DNA of 64,000 nucleotides, from the NCBI GenBank assembly GCA_038087875.1, contig JAXLNO010000423.1, forward strand, positions 1-64,000. The letters run 5' to 3'. The position numbers and the translations under genes are program-made. Positions 38,480 through 51,068 of this stretch are shown in pieces; positions within the stretch are counted from its first letter, which is position 1, and every line of letters starts with the position of its first letter. The notes under the pieces were generated by a model. The model had not been told where the DNA came from. It saw nothing but the letters and a program-made list of their open reading frames with translations, and did not search any database. This stretch comes from Malacoraja senta (Eukaryota).

Positions 38480-40030
38480 ATCAGTGAGGCCGCATTTGGA
38501 ACATTCAATTTTGGTCACCCTCCAATTGGGATATATGCCACGAAGCTGGATAAAGTGCAGAAAAGATTCACAAAATTATTGCTGTGAGTCGAGGGCCTGA
38601 GCTATTGGGAGAGATTTAGCAGACTGGGAGTTTATTCTTTGGAGTATAGGAGACTGAGGGTTGATCTTAAAAGTGGTGTATAATATCATGAGGTTGAATG
38701 CACAGAATCATTTTTCCAGGGTTGTGGAATTAATAACTAGAGGGCATTGGTTTGTGAGAAGGGAAACATTTAATAGGAACCCGAGGGGCATCTTTTTCAC
38801 ATTGAAGATGGCACATATATGAAATAAGCTGCCTGAAGAAGTGGTTGAGCCAAAAACAATAACACCATTTAAAAGATATTGGACACATGCATGGATTAAA
38901 TGGGATATGGATCAAACACAGGCAAATGACACCAGCGTAGAGAAGGCATCAATTGGCAAGGACCAGTTAGGCCGAAGAGCCTGCTTCGGTGCGGTATGGC
39001 TCGATGACTCCTTAATATTTCCACTGATTCCATCCTATTTCCTTGGACTATCTTGGAGAGTGAATTGGGCTCCATGGAAGCTCACCATTTTGACTTAATT
39101 TCTAAATGGGGAGAGGATTCAAAAATCGGAGGTACAAAGGGACTTGGGAGTGCTGGTGCAGGATTCCCAAAAGGTTAATGTGCAGGTTGTTGATAGTAAG
39201 GAAGGCAAATGAAATGTTAGCATTCATTTCGAGAGGAATGGAATAAAAAGACAATGTAGACGAGATAGTCACCAGTTGCCCCAAAGTCATTTGCCCCAGA
39301 CACATAGTCACCAGTTGCCCCAAACACTGGCCACCGAATTGTTAACAAGGTCTGATTGACCTGGACGATGACACGTTGGAGAAGAAGAAGAAGAAGGAGA
39401 AGGAGAAGGAGAAGGAGGAGAAGGAGAAGGAGAAGGAGAAGGAGAAGGAGAAGGAGAAGGAGAAGGAGAAGGAGAAGGAGAAGGAGAAGGAGAAGGAGAT
39501 GGAGATGGAGAATGAGAAGAAAAAGAAAAAGAAAATGAAAAAGAAGAAAAAGACAATGAGCTAATGCTGAGGCTCTGTAAGGCACTGATTAGGCCATATT
39601 TGGAATATTGTGAGAAGTTCTGGGCCCCATATCTGAGAAAGGATGTGTTGGCGTCAGAGAGGATCCAGAGAAGATTTACAAGAATGATTCCAGGGAAATT
39701 GAGAGGAAGTTTCCAGTAGTGGGAAAATCTAGGTCCAGAGGGCACAGCCACAGAATATAAGGACGTACTTTTAGAATGGAGATGAGGTGGAATTTCTTTA
39801 GTCAGAGGGTGGTGAATCTATGGAATTCATTGCCACAGGTGGCTATGGAGGGTAATTCATTGGGTATTTTAAAAACAAGATTGATAGTTACTTTATTAGT
39901 AAAGGCATCAAAGATCATGGGTAGAAGACAGGACAATGAGTTGAGAAGGAAAAATAGATCAGTCATGATTGAATGGTGGAGTATACTCAATGGCCGAATG
40001 GTCAAATTCTGCTCCTATTTCATATGGTCT
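38480..40030 (+). mobile_element. Two degenerate CR1 fragments (38480-39010, 39100-40030)
   Basis: KLDKVQKRFTK; gggacttgggagtgctggtg; FFSQRVVNLWNSLP. Confidence 0.75.
39257..39546 (+). mobile_element. Short retroposed insert with (GAA)/(GGAGAA)n tail and 12-bp TSD
   Basis: TSD aaaaagacaatg at 39245-39256 and 39547-39558; about 120-bp body followed by a purine microsatellite. Confidence 0.75.
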
Positions 40031-41761
40031 TAATAACCAGCAGGGCATATTTTTTCCTTCCTCTGCCCTCCAATCAGTATATCTGCTGCCAAACCCTTCA
40101 TCCAGGCCTTTGTTGCCTTCAGCTTTGATTCTTTCTACTTTCCTATCTACGATATTTCATAAGCATCAGTGCATTTAAAACACTACTGCTTTTGACCTTC
40201 CCCATTTCACCCTGCTCAGCTCTTGCCTCTAAATAAAGTCCCAGTGTCCCACTCATGTTTGAAATTCCCATAGACCTGGTCATTACTGGCATGGTCATTC
40301 ATTATTGTTCTTCACTGACTGCCCTTGAGCGGCCTTATTGAACTGCAGTGGTCGGCAATCAATGGTGAGTGACTTGGAGTGGACTTATGGTGTTTGTGTT
40401 CCCCTGTGCCATCTACTCTGGTCCTACTAGGTGGTAGGGTTTGGGAGGGATTTTCTGATCAAGCATCTATTGAATCATATAAGGAGGCCATTCGTCCCTC
40501 TTGTTTATGCCAACCAGAAAATAATTGAAATCACACCTACCAGCATTGAACCTGCAGCCCTGTAGGTTACAGCTCCTCGAACATGCATGCAAGTATTGTT
40601 TAAATGTTGTGAGGGTTTTTGCCTTCCTCAACCCCTCACCAGACCCTCACCATTCCCCGAGCGAAGAAAAAAGTCTAACTCATCTCCCTCCTGTACTTCC
40701 ACCAATTTCTTTAAACCTATGGCTCCTAGTTTTCGACCCCTCTGTAAAGGAAAATAGATTATTTATATTTTCTCCAAGAAAATAGGCCCCTCGTAACTTC
40801 TCCCATTTCAGTCAAGTTCATGTTCATAAGTTTTAGGAGCAAATTAGGCCATTCGGCCCATCAACTCTAATCCGCCATTCAATCATTCCCTCTCAACCCC
40901 ATTCTCCTGCTTATCCCCATAACTCCTGACACCCATACTAATCAAGAATCTGTCAATCCGTGCCTTAAAAATATCCATTGACTTGACCTCCACGGCCATC
41001 TGTGGCAATGATTTCCACAGATTCATCACCTAAAGTCTCCCCTCAGAGTCCTCTGTTCCATAGGTGAAGGCGAGCAGGGCTGATGCACCGGCGAAAATCC
41101 GATGCAATCAGTACAAATGTGTTAACTTGACAATGTGTGACTTTTCTGCTTAGGAGTTTAAGTTAAATAGCTAATCCGATCAAAGAACCTCGCTGAGTTG
41201 CTGCAGTGCATCTTGTACGCAATACAGTCACAGAGCACCAACATTTTCTAAAACATATATATTGCAATCTGTCAGGACCTGGAACCTGCAGATGGGAATT
41301 AAGTTACCTGCAAAATCTTCTGGGAGAAGTTAGAGCATATCCTGCTTACTGCCTACACTTGGAAGTGCAAGTAAAGTGCAATTTCCATGAATAAAGCAAT
41401 ATGGGGAAGATGAATATGGATTTTACAACACATACAAATAGCTCTGTGCTCTGTTATTACTGCACTTGCAGCAAAGTGGAAGTAATAAAAATGAATTTGT
41501 TCCCATAAACTTGAATCGGGTGATTGAAGATGACAGACAATAAAAAGTAGGACGACTAACGCATTCAGGAATAGACCGACAGAGCAAACATTCAGACTTC
41601 TGACGCCAAAACAAACCAGAAGAATAAAGTACACGATGATTGGAGGAAAATAGTGGGCAAGGTGCCACGATTTGCCAGTTTACATCATCTAGTGGAAGCT
41701 GTTTCAGAGTAAATGGCAACAAAGATAAGAATTGCTCCTAAATGAACTCAGTACAATTGCT

Positions 41762-41947
41762 GGTACACAAAAATGCTGGAGAAATTCAGCGGGTGCAGCA
41801 GCATCTATGGAGCGAAGGAAATAGGTAACGTTTCGGCCCGAAACGTTACCTATTTCCTTCGCTCCATAGATGCTGCTGCACCCGCTGAGTTTCTCCAGCA
41901 TTTTTGTGTACCTTCGATTTTCCAGCATCTGCAGTTCCTTCTTTAAC
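41762..41947. mobile_element. Palindromic Penelope-like pLTR insertion
   Basis: 75-bp inverted arms at 41762-41836 and 41838-41912; flanking 16-bp duplication actcagtacaattgct at 41746-41761 and 41948-41963. Confidence 0.85.
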
Positions 41948-43051
41948 ACTCAGTACAATTGCTTCCTCATTGTGCCAATCGTGTATTCCAGTTTTTAACC
42001 ATCCACAAGAGACAGCTGCAGTCACCTTTACAAAGTTATCTTTCATGACAGATTACCCAAGTAAGATCCTATCAGGATCTTCAACCTCTAACAATAATAT
42101 TTTTGTTTTCAGTTATTTTTCCATTCAGCCATGCTTTTAGCAAATTTCTCCTTTGGAAGGATCAACTCACTCTTCACAAATAAGTGTTCACCAATGTACA
42201 AAAACGAGAAATAAAATATTACTGCAAAGTTATGGCCATTGCTTCCTCGTAAAGGAAAGAAACTTGAATTCATCAATCTCACGTTGGTACCAAAGGAGCA
42301 CTTGTAAAATGCTGTCTCTTTTGGAATGTAGGATACACACAGTGGCAAAGGTGACATTAATGGCACAGAAATAAGGCTAAAATAACCTGGTTGAGCAGTG
42401 AATGAGATCTGCTCTTCCTTCGGTCATCTCCTGAGCAATCTTTAGGAAACACCCGACGGAGCAAACTTATCAAAGCATCGTTGTTCAATTTGATACAGCA
42501 TTGTGTCATCGGTCTGGACTATATATCTAAATACTGGAGCAGGATTTGTACTGCTCATCTCCATATGCTATAGAAAATACGTTTTTTTAAAGGCGAGGCA
42601 TAGCTGTGGTGGGTAGTCGGCCATGATGCAGAGAGAAAACAAAATAAAAACAGAAAATGCTGGAAACACTCAGCAGATCAGGCAGAGTCTGGAGAATGGG
42701 AAGCAGAGCAAACAGTTCAGGTGTAAGACCCATTGTCTGGTCCGAGGAAGAGGAAAAACAAGTGAGCTTTAAGCTATAGACAGGGTGGGGGAGGGATGGA
42801 CTACAGTGGGCCACAGTTGCCATAAGCATAGGGTGCAGAGGTCTGCTGGTAAAATGGGTTAGTAGAGGAAGTTTGAGGGTGGTAGAACATTCAAAGATGT
42901 GCAATGTCTTACAAATGGCAGGGCTATAGCTAATGCCCAGTATGGCAGGCTGTTCAAATGCAGAGAGAAATACTGAGCGGATGTAAGTCTCTAATGGGCC
43001 GAATGGTGGGATATCATAGGATATCATAGGATGGTGGGATATCATTGGATA

Positions 43052-43915
43052 GGGCAGCCATACTCGCCGTCGAGTATGGCTGCCCAGCCTGCAGCTCTCC
43101 GTCCTTTCACACTTTAAAAAAAATTTAGTATGTTAAAAAGTGTTGTTTTGGAGGTTTTCTAGTCTTTTTATGTGGGGGGGGTGGGGGGTGGGGGGGGGGA
43201 GGGGACAGGGAAAATTGTTCTCAGTCTCTAACTGGTCAGAGATGCGGTTTTCCTCCGAGCCGCATCTTCGCCCCATCCTCGCGGCCTACCAAGGGGACTG
43301 GAGCGGCGTTTCCTGCCGGGACCGGCCAGGACTTCAGTTCCGGCGGCAGCGCAGCGCTGAAGAACCATCGCGGAGCGAGCGATGCCTTACTGAGGGTCGC
43401 CGTGTGGTAAGCTCCGGAGTGCTGTGGCCACCGACTCCAACATCGCGGCGCTGTGGTCGCGGAGCTTCCAGCTGCGGGGCGGTGCTGACTCTGAACACCT
43501 CGGAGCCTGGGATCTCTCGTCGCAATCGCCAGTGTCGGAGCTCTGACCAGCGCGGCCTGTGGACTTCTGGAGCAGCGGTCTCGGGTACGAAGCGGCCGTT
43601 CCAGACACTCCAAGCCGCTGACAGTGTTCTCCCGACGCTGGAGCTCCATCATCCGGCGAGAAGGCCTGTAACATTGGGCCGCCGTTGCGATGACTGCGGA
43701 GGCCTCAATAGGCCCGACCATGGGTGAACAAGGGGAAGAGGACTGGACTTTGTGCCTTCCCTCACAGTGGGAACCATTGTGGGGGGATGTTTTTATGTTT
43801 GGTGTTAAGTTCTTCTTTAATGTTGTGTCTTATTTTTATTGGTGTGCTGCAAATGGCAACTCAAATTTCACTACACCAATTGGTGTACATGACAAATACA
43901 TGTCCTTTGTCCTTA
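43052..43915 (+). mobile_element. GC-rich non-autonomous retroposon
   Basis: GC head, T-rich tract, G-run, hairpin, GC body, gccttcc.tcacagtg hairpin, then aaatttcact..catgacaaata and (tgtcctt)2 tail. Confidence 0.65.
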
Positions 43916-44327
43916 GAATCTGTCCTTGGCTTCCAGCTGTTGACCATTTATATATTGATCAGTTTCTTGGCAAAACAGAATTTAATGTCTTTAAAATTTG
44001 CTGTTGGAAAAGTAAACTGTGAGGAGAAAGCAAAGTATGTGAAAGGATACGGTTAAGTTGACTGATTGGACAAAAACATGGCAGATTTTTCAGCATACGA
44101 GTCTGTGATTTGTCTATTCAATTCCTTGAGTTTCATCGCTTCAGTGGAGGAGCTGATTAAACTCAATGGAAAATGTGGTCGTGCATAAAATGTCAACACT
44201 TGAGGATCTGCATTTTATCTTCTGACTGCGAAGTCCTCAGCTGTCCATGCTCAACATTGAATTTAACAATTCAGATAATCAATAGCTTCAACATCCATTG
44301 TTATTTCAGATTTCTAACAGGTAGTAT

Positions 44328-44625
44328 TTAGTTTAGGTTAGAGATACAGCACGGGAACAGGCCCTTCAGCCCACCGAGCCTGCACCGACCAGCAATCCCT
44401 AACACTATCCTAAACACACTGGGGACAATTTACAATTTAACCAAGCCAATTAGCCTGCAAACCTGTACGTCTTTGGAGTCTGGGAGGAAACCGGAGCACC
44501 CGGAAAAAAAAACCATGCAGATCACGGGGAAAGCATACAAACTCCATACAGACAGCACTCATAGTCAGGACCAAACCTGGGTCTCTGGTGTTGTAAGGCA
44601 ACAACTCTACCGCTACGCTACCAAG
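44328..44625 (-). mobile_element. V-SINE (HE1-like)
   Basis: Head, V-domain and tail similarity. Confidence 0.8.
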
Positions 44626-45320
44626 CCACTTATTTGATCATTTTCCTTAATACAATACAATACAATACAATACAATACAATACCATTTATTGTCATTTGA
44701 ACCTCAAATGAAGTTCAAACGAAATTTGGTTTTGCTTCCCTGATTCACATCTGCTCCAGGCTTGTCTTCTGTTTCTATACCGTTACCACCTTTTTTTCTC
44801 GTTGCTCTGTCATCCTTTCTCTCTTGATTTCCACCATAAACACTTTTGTTTTTCCAAGCGCCTTTTGCATCATAATAACTGCTTAATTCCCTTTTCCAAC
44901 TTCCGACGAAAAGCCACCAACCTGACATCGTAAATATTTATCTTTCTGCCCTGTGGCGTATCCCCAGCATCTTATGCTTTATTTCAAGTAAGCGGTCAGG
45001 CAAGAACGTGCACCCCAGATAAGGGATCAGCCTCAGTGTAATGAAATGGCAGTGCAGGCTTGAGGGGCTGAATGGCCAGCCCATGGTTCTACTTGTTAAT
45101 CTGTTTTGTTCTTCTGACTCCGATAAGATTGCTTCCATTGAGCTAGAACTGCTAACTAGTGACGATAAACTTCCACATACAAGTGAACCCCATTCTCTGT
45201 TTTACATCAGTCAGACGATTACTTGGTAATGAGTTAGACATCGCCTGTTTTCTTTGTTGCTTCTGGTACACTTATTGCAAGGGAGACAAGTCTTGTGAGT
45301 TTAAGTTAGAATCGTTTTGG

Positions 45321-46217
45321 AATGAACATAAATGTTCGATTAATGTAAGACACACTTTAATACAATTTAAAATTTTACATAGATTATATTATTCCAAAAC
45401 TAAAATCCATAAAATTTTCCCAAATGTATCATCCATTTGTGATAAATGTCAATCCCAAGAAGCTACTATAGCGCACTCATTTGTTTTCTGTACAAAAATT
45501 CAAAAATTTTGGAATGAAATTTTCGAAATCTTTACAAAATTATTTAAAATAAAACTGATACCCAAAGCAGAATGGATTATCTTCGGAACAACGGAAGATG
45601 GTCCAGAACTAAATGTGTTTCAAAAGAAACTAATAGACTATGGGTTAATAACTGGAAAAAAGCTAATCCTAAAATTTTGGAAGAAGGCTCCAATACCAAC
45701 TATAAACATGTGGATTTCAAATATGTTCAAAACATTACACCTAGAAGAGATAAGACTCCTCCTGGCAGGTAAACCAGATCACTTCCACCTGACGTGGTCT
45801 GCATTTATAGAATTACTACAAATATAGGGTGCAAAGGTACCTTAAAAAAAATTGAGGTCAGGTAATGGGGGATTATAGTTGGAGAGTTGGTATGTCCCAT
45901 TTGCCTAATGCTCATAAAAACTATTTGTTTCTCTCTTTTTCCTCTTTCTCTTTCTCCTTCTTTTCTAGGGTCTATTTCTTAACTCTTTTTCTTTTGTTTT
46001 TAATTTTGTTCTTATAGGGTCTTCGTTCTTTCTTGTTGTCACATTTTCTACACTCTCACTTTTTCCTTCACTTTCTTCTTTCTTTTAATCTTTCCTTTTA
46101 CTAGTGTAAAAAACAAACGGAGTACATTAATTGTAAGAAGATATAAGTGACGAGTACTAATGTATGTGGTTGTAATGTAATGTACTTCTAATAAATAAAA
46201 AATTAAAACAAAAAAAA
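45321..46217 (+). mobile_element. 5'-truncated L1, same subfamily as 2587-3605, 13-bp TSD
   Basis: Open ORF2 C-terminus to 45827, AATAAA and A-tail; TSD agaatcgttttgg at 45308-45320 and 46218-46230. Confidence 0.9.
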
Positions 46218-47479
46218 AGAATCGTTTTGGGCAAGAGCCCAATAAAACATTGTTGAGTTAAACACCAAACATGTTACTGACAAGGGCAATATGCATACCT
46301 GGGTCTAATGATAGCTCTCAGCATGGCCAGCTTTCTATTTTCGAAGAACCCAGTGGCATTTGTGTTTCTCATTTGGCGAAAATCCAAATTAATTTCAAAC
46401 ATATTCATGCAAAGCTTCTGAATTTACATATATTTGAACTCCTCGAAACAAAGAATCCCCAATATACCTAATTCATTAAGGACCGATTGGTTGAGCAGAG
46501 GAAGTTAATATTTGAAGATGATTAAAATCCACGGAAGCATTTTTATAAGTCACCAAGGCGAGAAGCACAAATTCACTAGGGGGCAGACAAACAAACAGAT
46601 GGGGGGGAAGTAAAACTTGAATTATCACCTGCGCTAGGCACTGAATGTTATAGCTGATCATTTAAATGCCATTAAAGCATAACCATGGAATTGCATTCAC
46701 AAATCCTTAGAGTATGGAACTGATTCTCAATGGTTAAATGAAAGTCACATTGGTGCCTAAATCCATGCCAAGATAATACAGCATACTGAAGTGTACTGTG
46801 TGCTCCAGTTACTCCCCCGGATCTGATTCCTTTCTACTCAGGGTAAAATACCCAACGGAGACACAAGAGTCTTCTGATGCTGGAATCTGAAATTTAAAAA
46901 AAAAACTGCTGGAGGAACTCAACGGGCCAGACAGCATCTGTGGAGGGAAATGGGCAGTCAACGTTTGGGTCAAGGGTCAATACTTTCCTCTGGACTGAAA
47001 GAATGGAGGGAAGATACCCAGTATAAAGAAGTGAGGGCAGGGTGGTAAGAGCAAGCACGTGAGAAGAGATGAGTACTTTTTGTAACTTTGTCGATGCCTT
47101 TGCGGCGATTCTTTTGTGTGCTTTGTTTGCAAAAACAAAGAATTTCACCATACCTCGGTACAAGTGATAATAAAGTATCAGGTGAGTAGGAGTGGAATGA
47201 TGGATGGAGTCAGGTGTAGGACAATGGGGTGGAGAAAATGTCATAGGCAAGGACATAATTGGTGGAGGTAACCACGGGCTGCTAATGTTGGTACTTAATG
47301 GGGAAGGCAGTTGGAGTAGATGACCAAATAATAAAGTGGGGTTGGGCAGATTGGAAGAGTAGGGGGAGGAAATGGGATGAAATGGGAGGAGCATATGGGT
47401 GGTGTGTATAAAGAGTAGGTAGGAAAAAGGTAGAGTGAGCAGGGAAAGAAGGACACAAAGTGCACACAAAGGCCCTACA

Positions 47480-48215
47480 TAAGTACATAGATACATAGAA
47501 AATAGGTGCAGGAGTAGGCCATTCGGCCCTTCAAGCCTGCACCGCCATTCAATATGATCATGGCTGATCATCCAACTCAGTATCCCGTACCTGCCTTCTC
47601 TCCATACCCCCTGATCCCCTTAGCCACAAGGGCCACATCTAACTCCCTCTTAAATATAGCCAATGAACTGGCCTCAACTACCCTCTGTGGCAGAGAGTTC
47701 CACAGTTTCACCACTCTCTGTGTGAAAAAGTTTTTCCTCATCTCGGTCTTAAAGGATTTCCCCCTTATCCTTCAGCTGTGACCCCTTGTCCTGGACTTCC
47801 CCAACATCGGGAACAATCTTCCTGCATCTAGCCTGTCCAACCCCATAAGAATTTTGTACGTTTCTATAAGATCCCCTCTCAATCTCCTAAATTCTAGCGA
47901 GTATAAGCCAAGTCTTGGAGCATGGAAACAGGCCCTGCAGCCCAAGTTGCCCACGCTGACGAGCATGCTCCATCCACACTAGTCCCACATGCTTGTATTT
48001 GGCCCATATCCCTCTAAACCTATCCTATCTATGTACCTGTCTAAATGTTTCTTAAACATCATGAGAGTACCTGCCACAACTACCTTCATCTTGTTCCATA
48101 CACCTACCACCTTTTGTGTAAAAAAGTTGCCCCTCAGGTTCCTATTAAATCTTTCCCCCCTCACCTTAAACCTATGTCCTCTGGTTCTCGATTCCCCAAC
48201 TCCAGGTAAAAGACT
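47480..48215 (-). mobile_element. Two adjacent CR1-type 3' fragments
   Basis: LGLYSLEFRRLRGDLIETYKI; NLRGNFFTQKVVGVWN. Confidence 0.85.
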
Positions 48216-50900
48216 CACAAATTGCATCCATCTCACAAATTTCTCTTCATGTTTACTTGTTCATATTAGTTTAGCAGTAGACGGAAGAGGATTTGCCAAA
48301 GCTCTAATCTGTGGAAGTAGCATTGTGCATCCATACTGTGATGAGAAGGTTAATGGTCAACGATACTCATTCTGGAAAAGGCATACAAAAATGCAGAGGT
48401 GCACTTCTCAGCTGATTTGGATGTTCTGACAGCTGAACCAGCTAATTCAGTCCAGCTACTACCTGAAAGTCAATATCCCTGAACATGGCAAGTGCAAATT
48501 AAAGCATTATCAGTTTATGTTGGTGAAAGTAATTTTACTAGTCAGTGCATTCAAACGTTTGACATCTTTCAGTGATATTTGTCACTGGACCACTTGATGT
48601 GTCTGCTGAAGAGTTATATTGTTTTTCAGTTATATCAATTCAGAGATTTTGAAATTACGTTTTTCTCCACCCAGTTTTCAATTGTCCTGCCCTGGAGGCA
48701 TTAAGTCAGAGCAGAAGTAGTTTCAATTAAATCAACCCAATGTGTAATATCAATCTTGAAGTATGAAGATGATGAATAAAAGATACTTCCAGCCCAAGTC
48801 TCTCCACATTAGATGCCATAAATATCTTCTTGTCCTTTTTATTTCCATTTTCCTTCCAAGCCAGCAAGCTGAGCATGCATAAAACATAGAACAGTTCAGC
48901 ACAAGAGCAGGCTGTGCTGAACACAAAGTCTGTGTTGAACACGAGGCCAGGACCAATTTTAGACTGTTAGACTTTAGACTTTCGAGATACAACGCGAAAA
49001 CAGGCCCTTTGGCCAACGAATCCGCGTCGACCAATGCATTATCCTTCACATGAGGGACAGTATAACAATCTCAATCAACCCACAAAGGATAGAAAGCAAA
49101 AGAAGGTAGAACAGTACAGTACAGAAAAAGGCCTTTCGGCCCACAATGTCTGTGAAGAACATACTGCCAATACCAACTCTTATCTGCCCGCACATAATCC
49201 ATATCCTTCCTTTCCCTACATATCCATGTGCCCATCCAAACGTCGCTTAAATGCCACTATTGCACCACAAAGTCTGAAAACCTTTCTGCCCCTTTTAACT
49301 CAGTTCTGTTCCTAGAATTCTACAGCCTAATCTTTCATTGGTAAAGACATCCTATTGTTTTTTGGAGGGTTTATTGAGGATACTTATGCTGCTTTTGTAA
49401 ATACTGTGAAAAATAAGTTAAAATGGTGCAAGAGGATTTTACAACCCATAAATTGAACGATCCAAACCAACACCATCGTCATGTTGAGACGCAAAGGACT
49501 GCAGATAATGGAACTTGTGTATAAAAAAACACAAGCTGCTGGAGGAACTTACCAAGTCAGTCAGCATCTGTGGAAGCCAAGGGATATTCAATGCTTCATG
49601 TCAAAACGCTGCATCATCTCCCCTTTTTTCACCATCCTCTGTGCCCATTTCCTGCTCTCATTCCTCTCTCTCTCTTCCTTCCTTCCTGCTGTCTTCATAG
49701 ATCTGTGTGAAAAGAACAACATGGAGACTCCGTTTGTTAAATAAAGATCAGGTGAGAAAGTTCATGACATCGGTGTTCCAATTATCAATTTATTTGACCT
49801 AAGAATTGCCATGAAATCTTCATATAAGAGTACACCAGCAGACTGGCTAATATTTCATTTCATTAATTATTGATTTATTCTATGAAATCATTCTATGAGC
49901 TTAAAATGCCAAATGCCTGAGTGAAACAAATGAATATGCCTAGAAGTACCAATGTAAGCTTAAAAAATGGGTATTAATATTCAATGCTTTTTAAATGCAG
50001 TTTTATTTCAATAAATGCCAATTATAATTATTGAAGATTGGCAACTGAAAATCCTTCAGAGGTTCAATTTAAGCATTAAACAAGGATCCAATGCCACAAG
50101 GTATGACAATAACCTTATATTCTACCAATGATTCAATCATTCAAGGGTTCAATTGTTTCTTTATTGCCAATAGTACCAGGTACAGTGAAATACAGTAAAT
50201 GTTTTGCATATAGCATGACTATCTCTATACATAAGCACAATCCCCCAGTTAGCATAGAATGTACAGAACAAGCCACAGAGTCTATATGCAAGAGATACCA
50301 TTGAGGCACCATTTTACAGTCCCAGCAGCAGCTGGCCACAAAGGCCATTGCAGCCATTACCTCCATCCGTTCGTCCCACGAACCGATGTCCCTCTCCATG
50401 CCTGGCCCTCTATCGTAGGTGGACTCAGATTGTACTTTGGATGTAATCGATGAATTCTGCTGCAGTCCCACCAAAGTGTGGACACTCATTTATTACCAAA
50501 GACAGATTCTTCCATGAACCAGAAAAATGCAATACACAAAAAACATGTTTTTATAAAGAATTAGAAAAATACTGCTTTTTCAAAATAGGTAAATGACATA
50601 CAGCATACTTTATTACACCGGCAAATTGCCTACCACACTTAATTGCTTTGACCAAAGTCCCATTCCACTGGCTCGACCTTATCAAATTTTAAGTGGCTCC
50701 AACAAAACATAGAAATAATTACTGGTCATTTCAAACTATAGAGTCATAGAGTCAAAGAGACTTACCGTGTGGAAACAGGCCCTTCAGCCCAACTTTCCCA
50801 CACCGGCCAACATGTCCCATCTACACTCATCCCACCTGCCTGCATATGGCCCACATCACTCTAAACCTGTCCTACCCATGTATCTGTCTAAATGTTTCTA

Positions 50901-51068
50901 AAGGGCCTGTCCCACTTGGGCGTCATTTGCGCGTCATTTACGCAACATCATTTACGTGTCACGACGCACGACGTGTGCGTCGTAACCCGCGCATGGCGCG
51001 TAGTGGCATAGGCAGTGACGCACGGTAGCGTGTGACGCGCAAATGACGCCCAAGTGGGACAGGCCCTT
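50901..51068. mobile_element. Palindromic MITE (PIF/Harbinger-like), inserted in a minus-strand CR1 fragment (50740-51285)
   Basis: About 36-bp perfect TIRs aagggcctgtcccacttgggcgtcatttgcgcgtca; TA/TWA flanks (TSD length ambiguous). Confidence 0.8.

Noticed and set aside
39217..39751. Poly-L, poly-R, EK and SP ORFs
   Set aside because: Translations of a (GGAGAA)n microsatellite.
45159..45320. N-terminal part of the 222-aa ORF as a new chimeric gene
   Set aside because: Chance open frame in flanking DNA upstream of the L1 junction, with a non-ATG start.
48270..48430. Possible host exon (AVDGRGFAKALICG..)
   Set aside because: No recognisable protein similarity and no clear splice sites.
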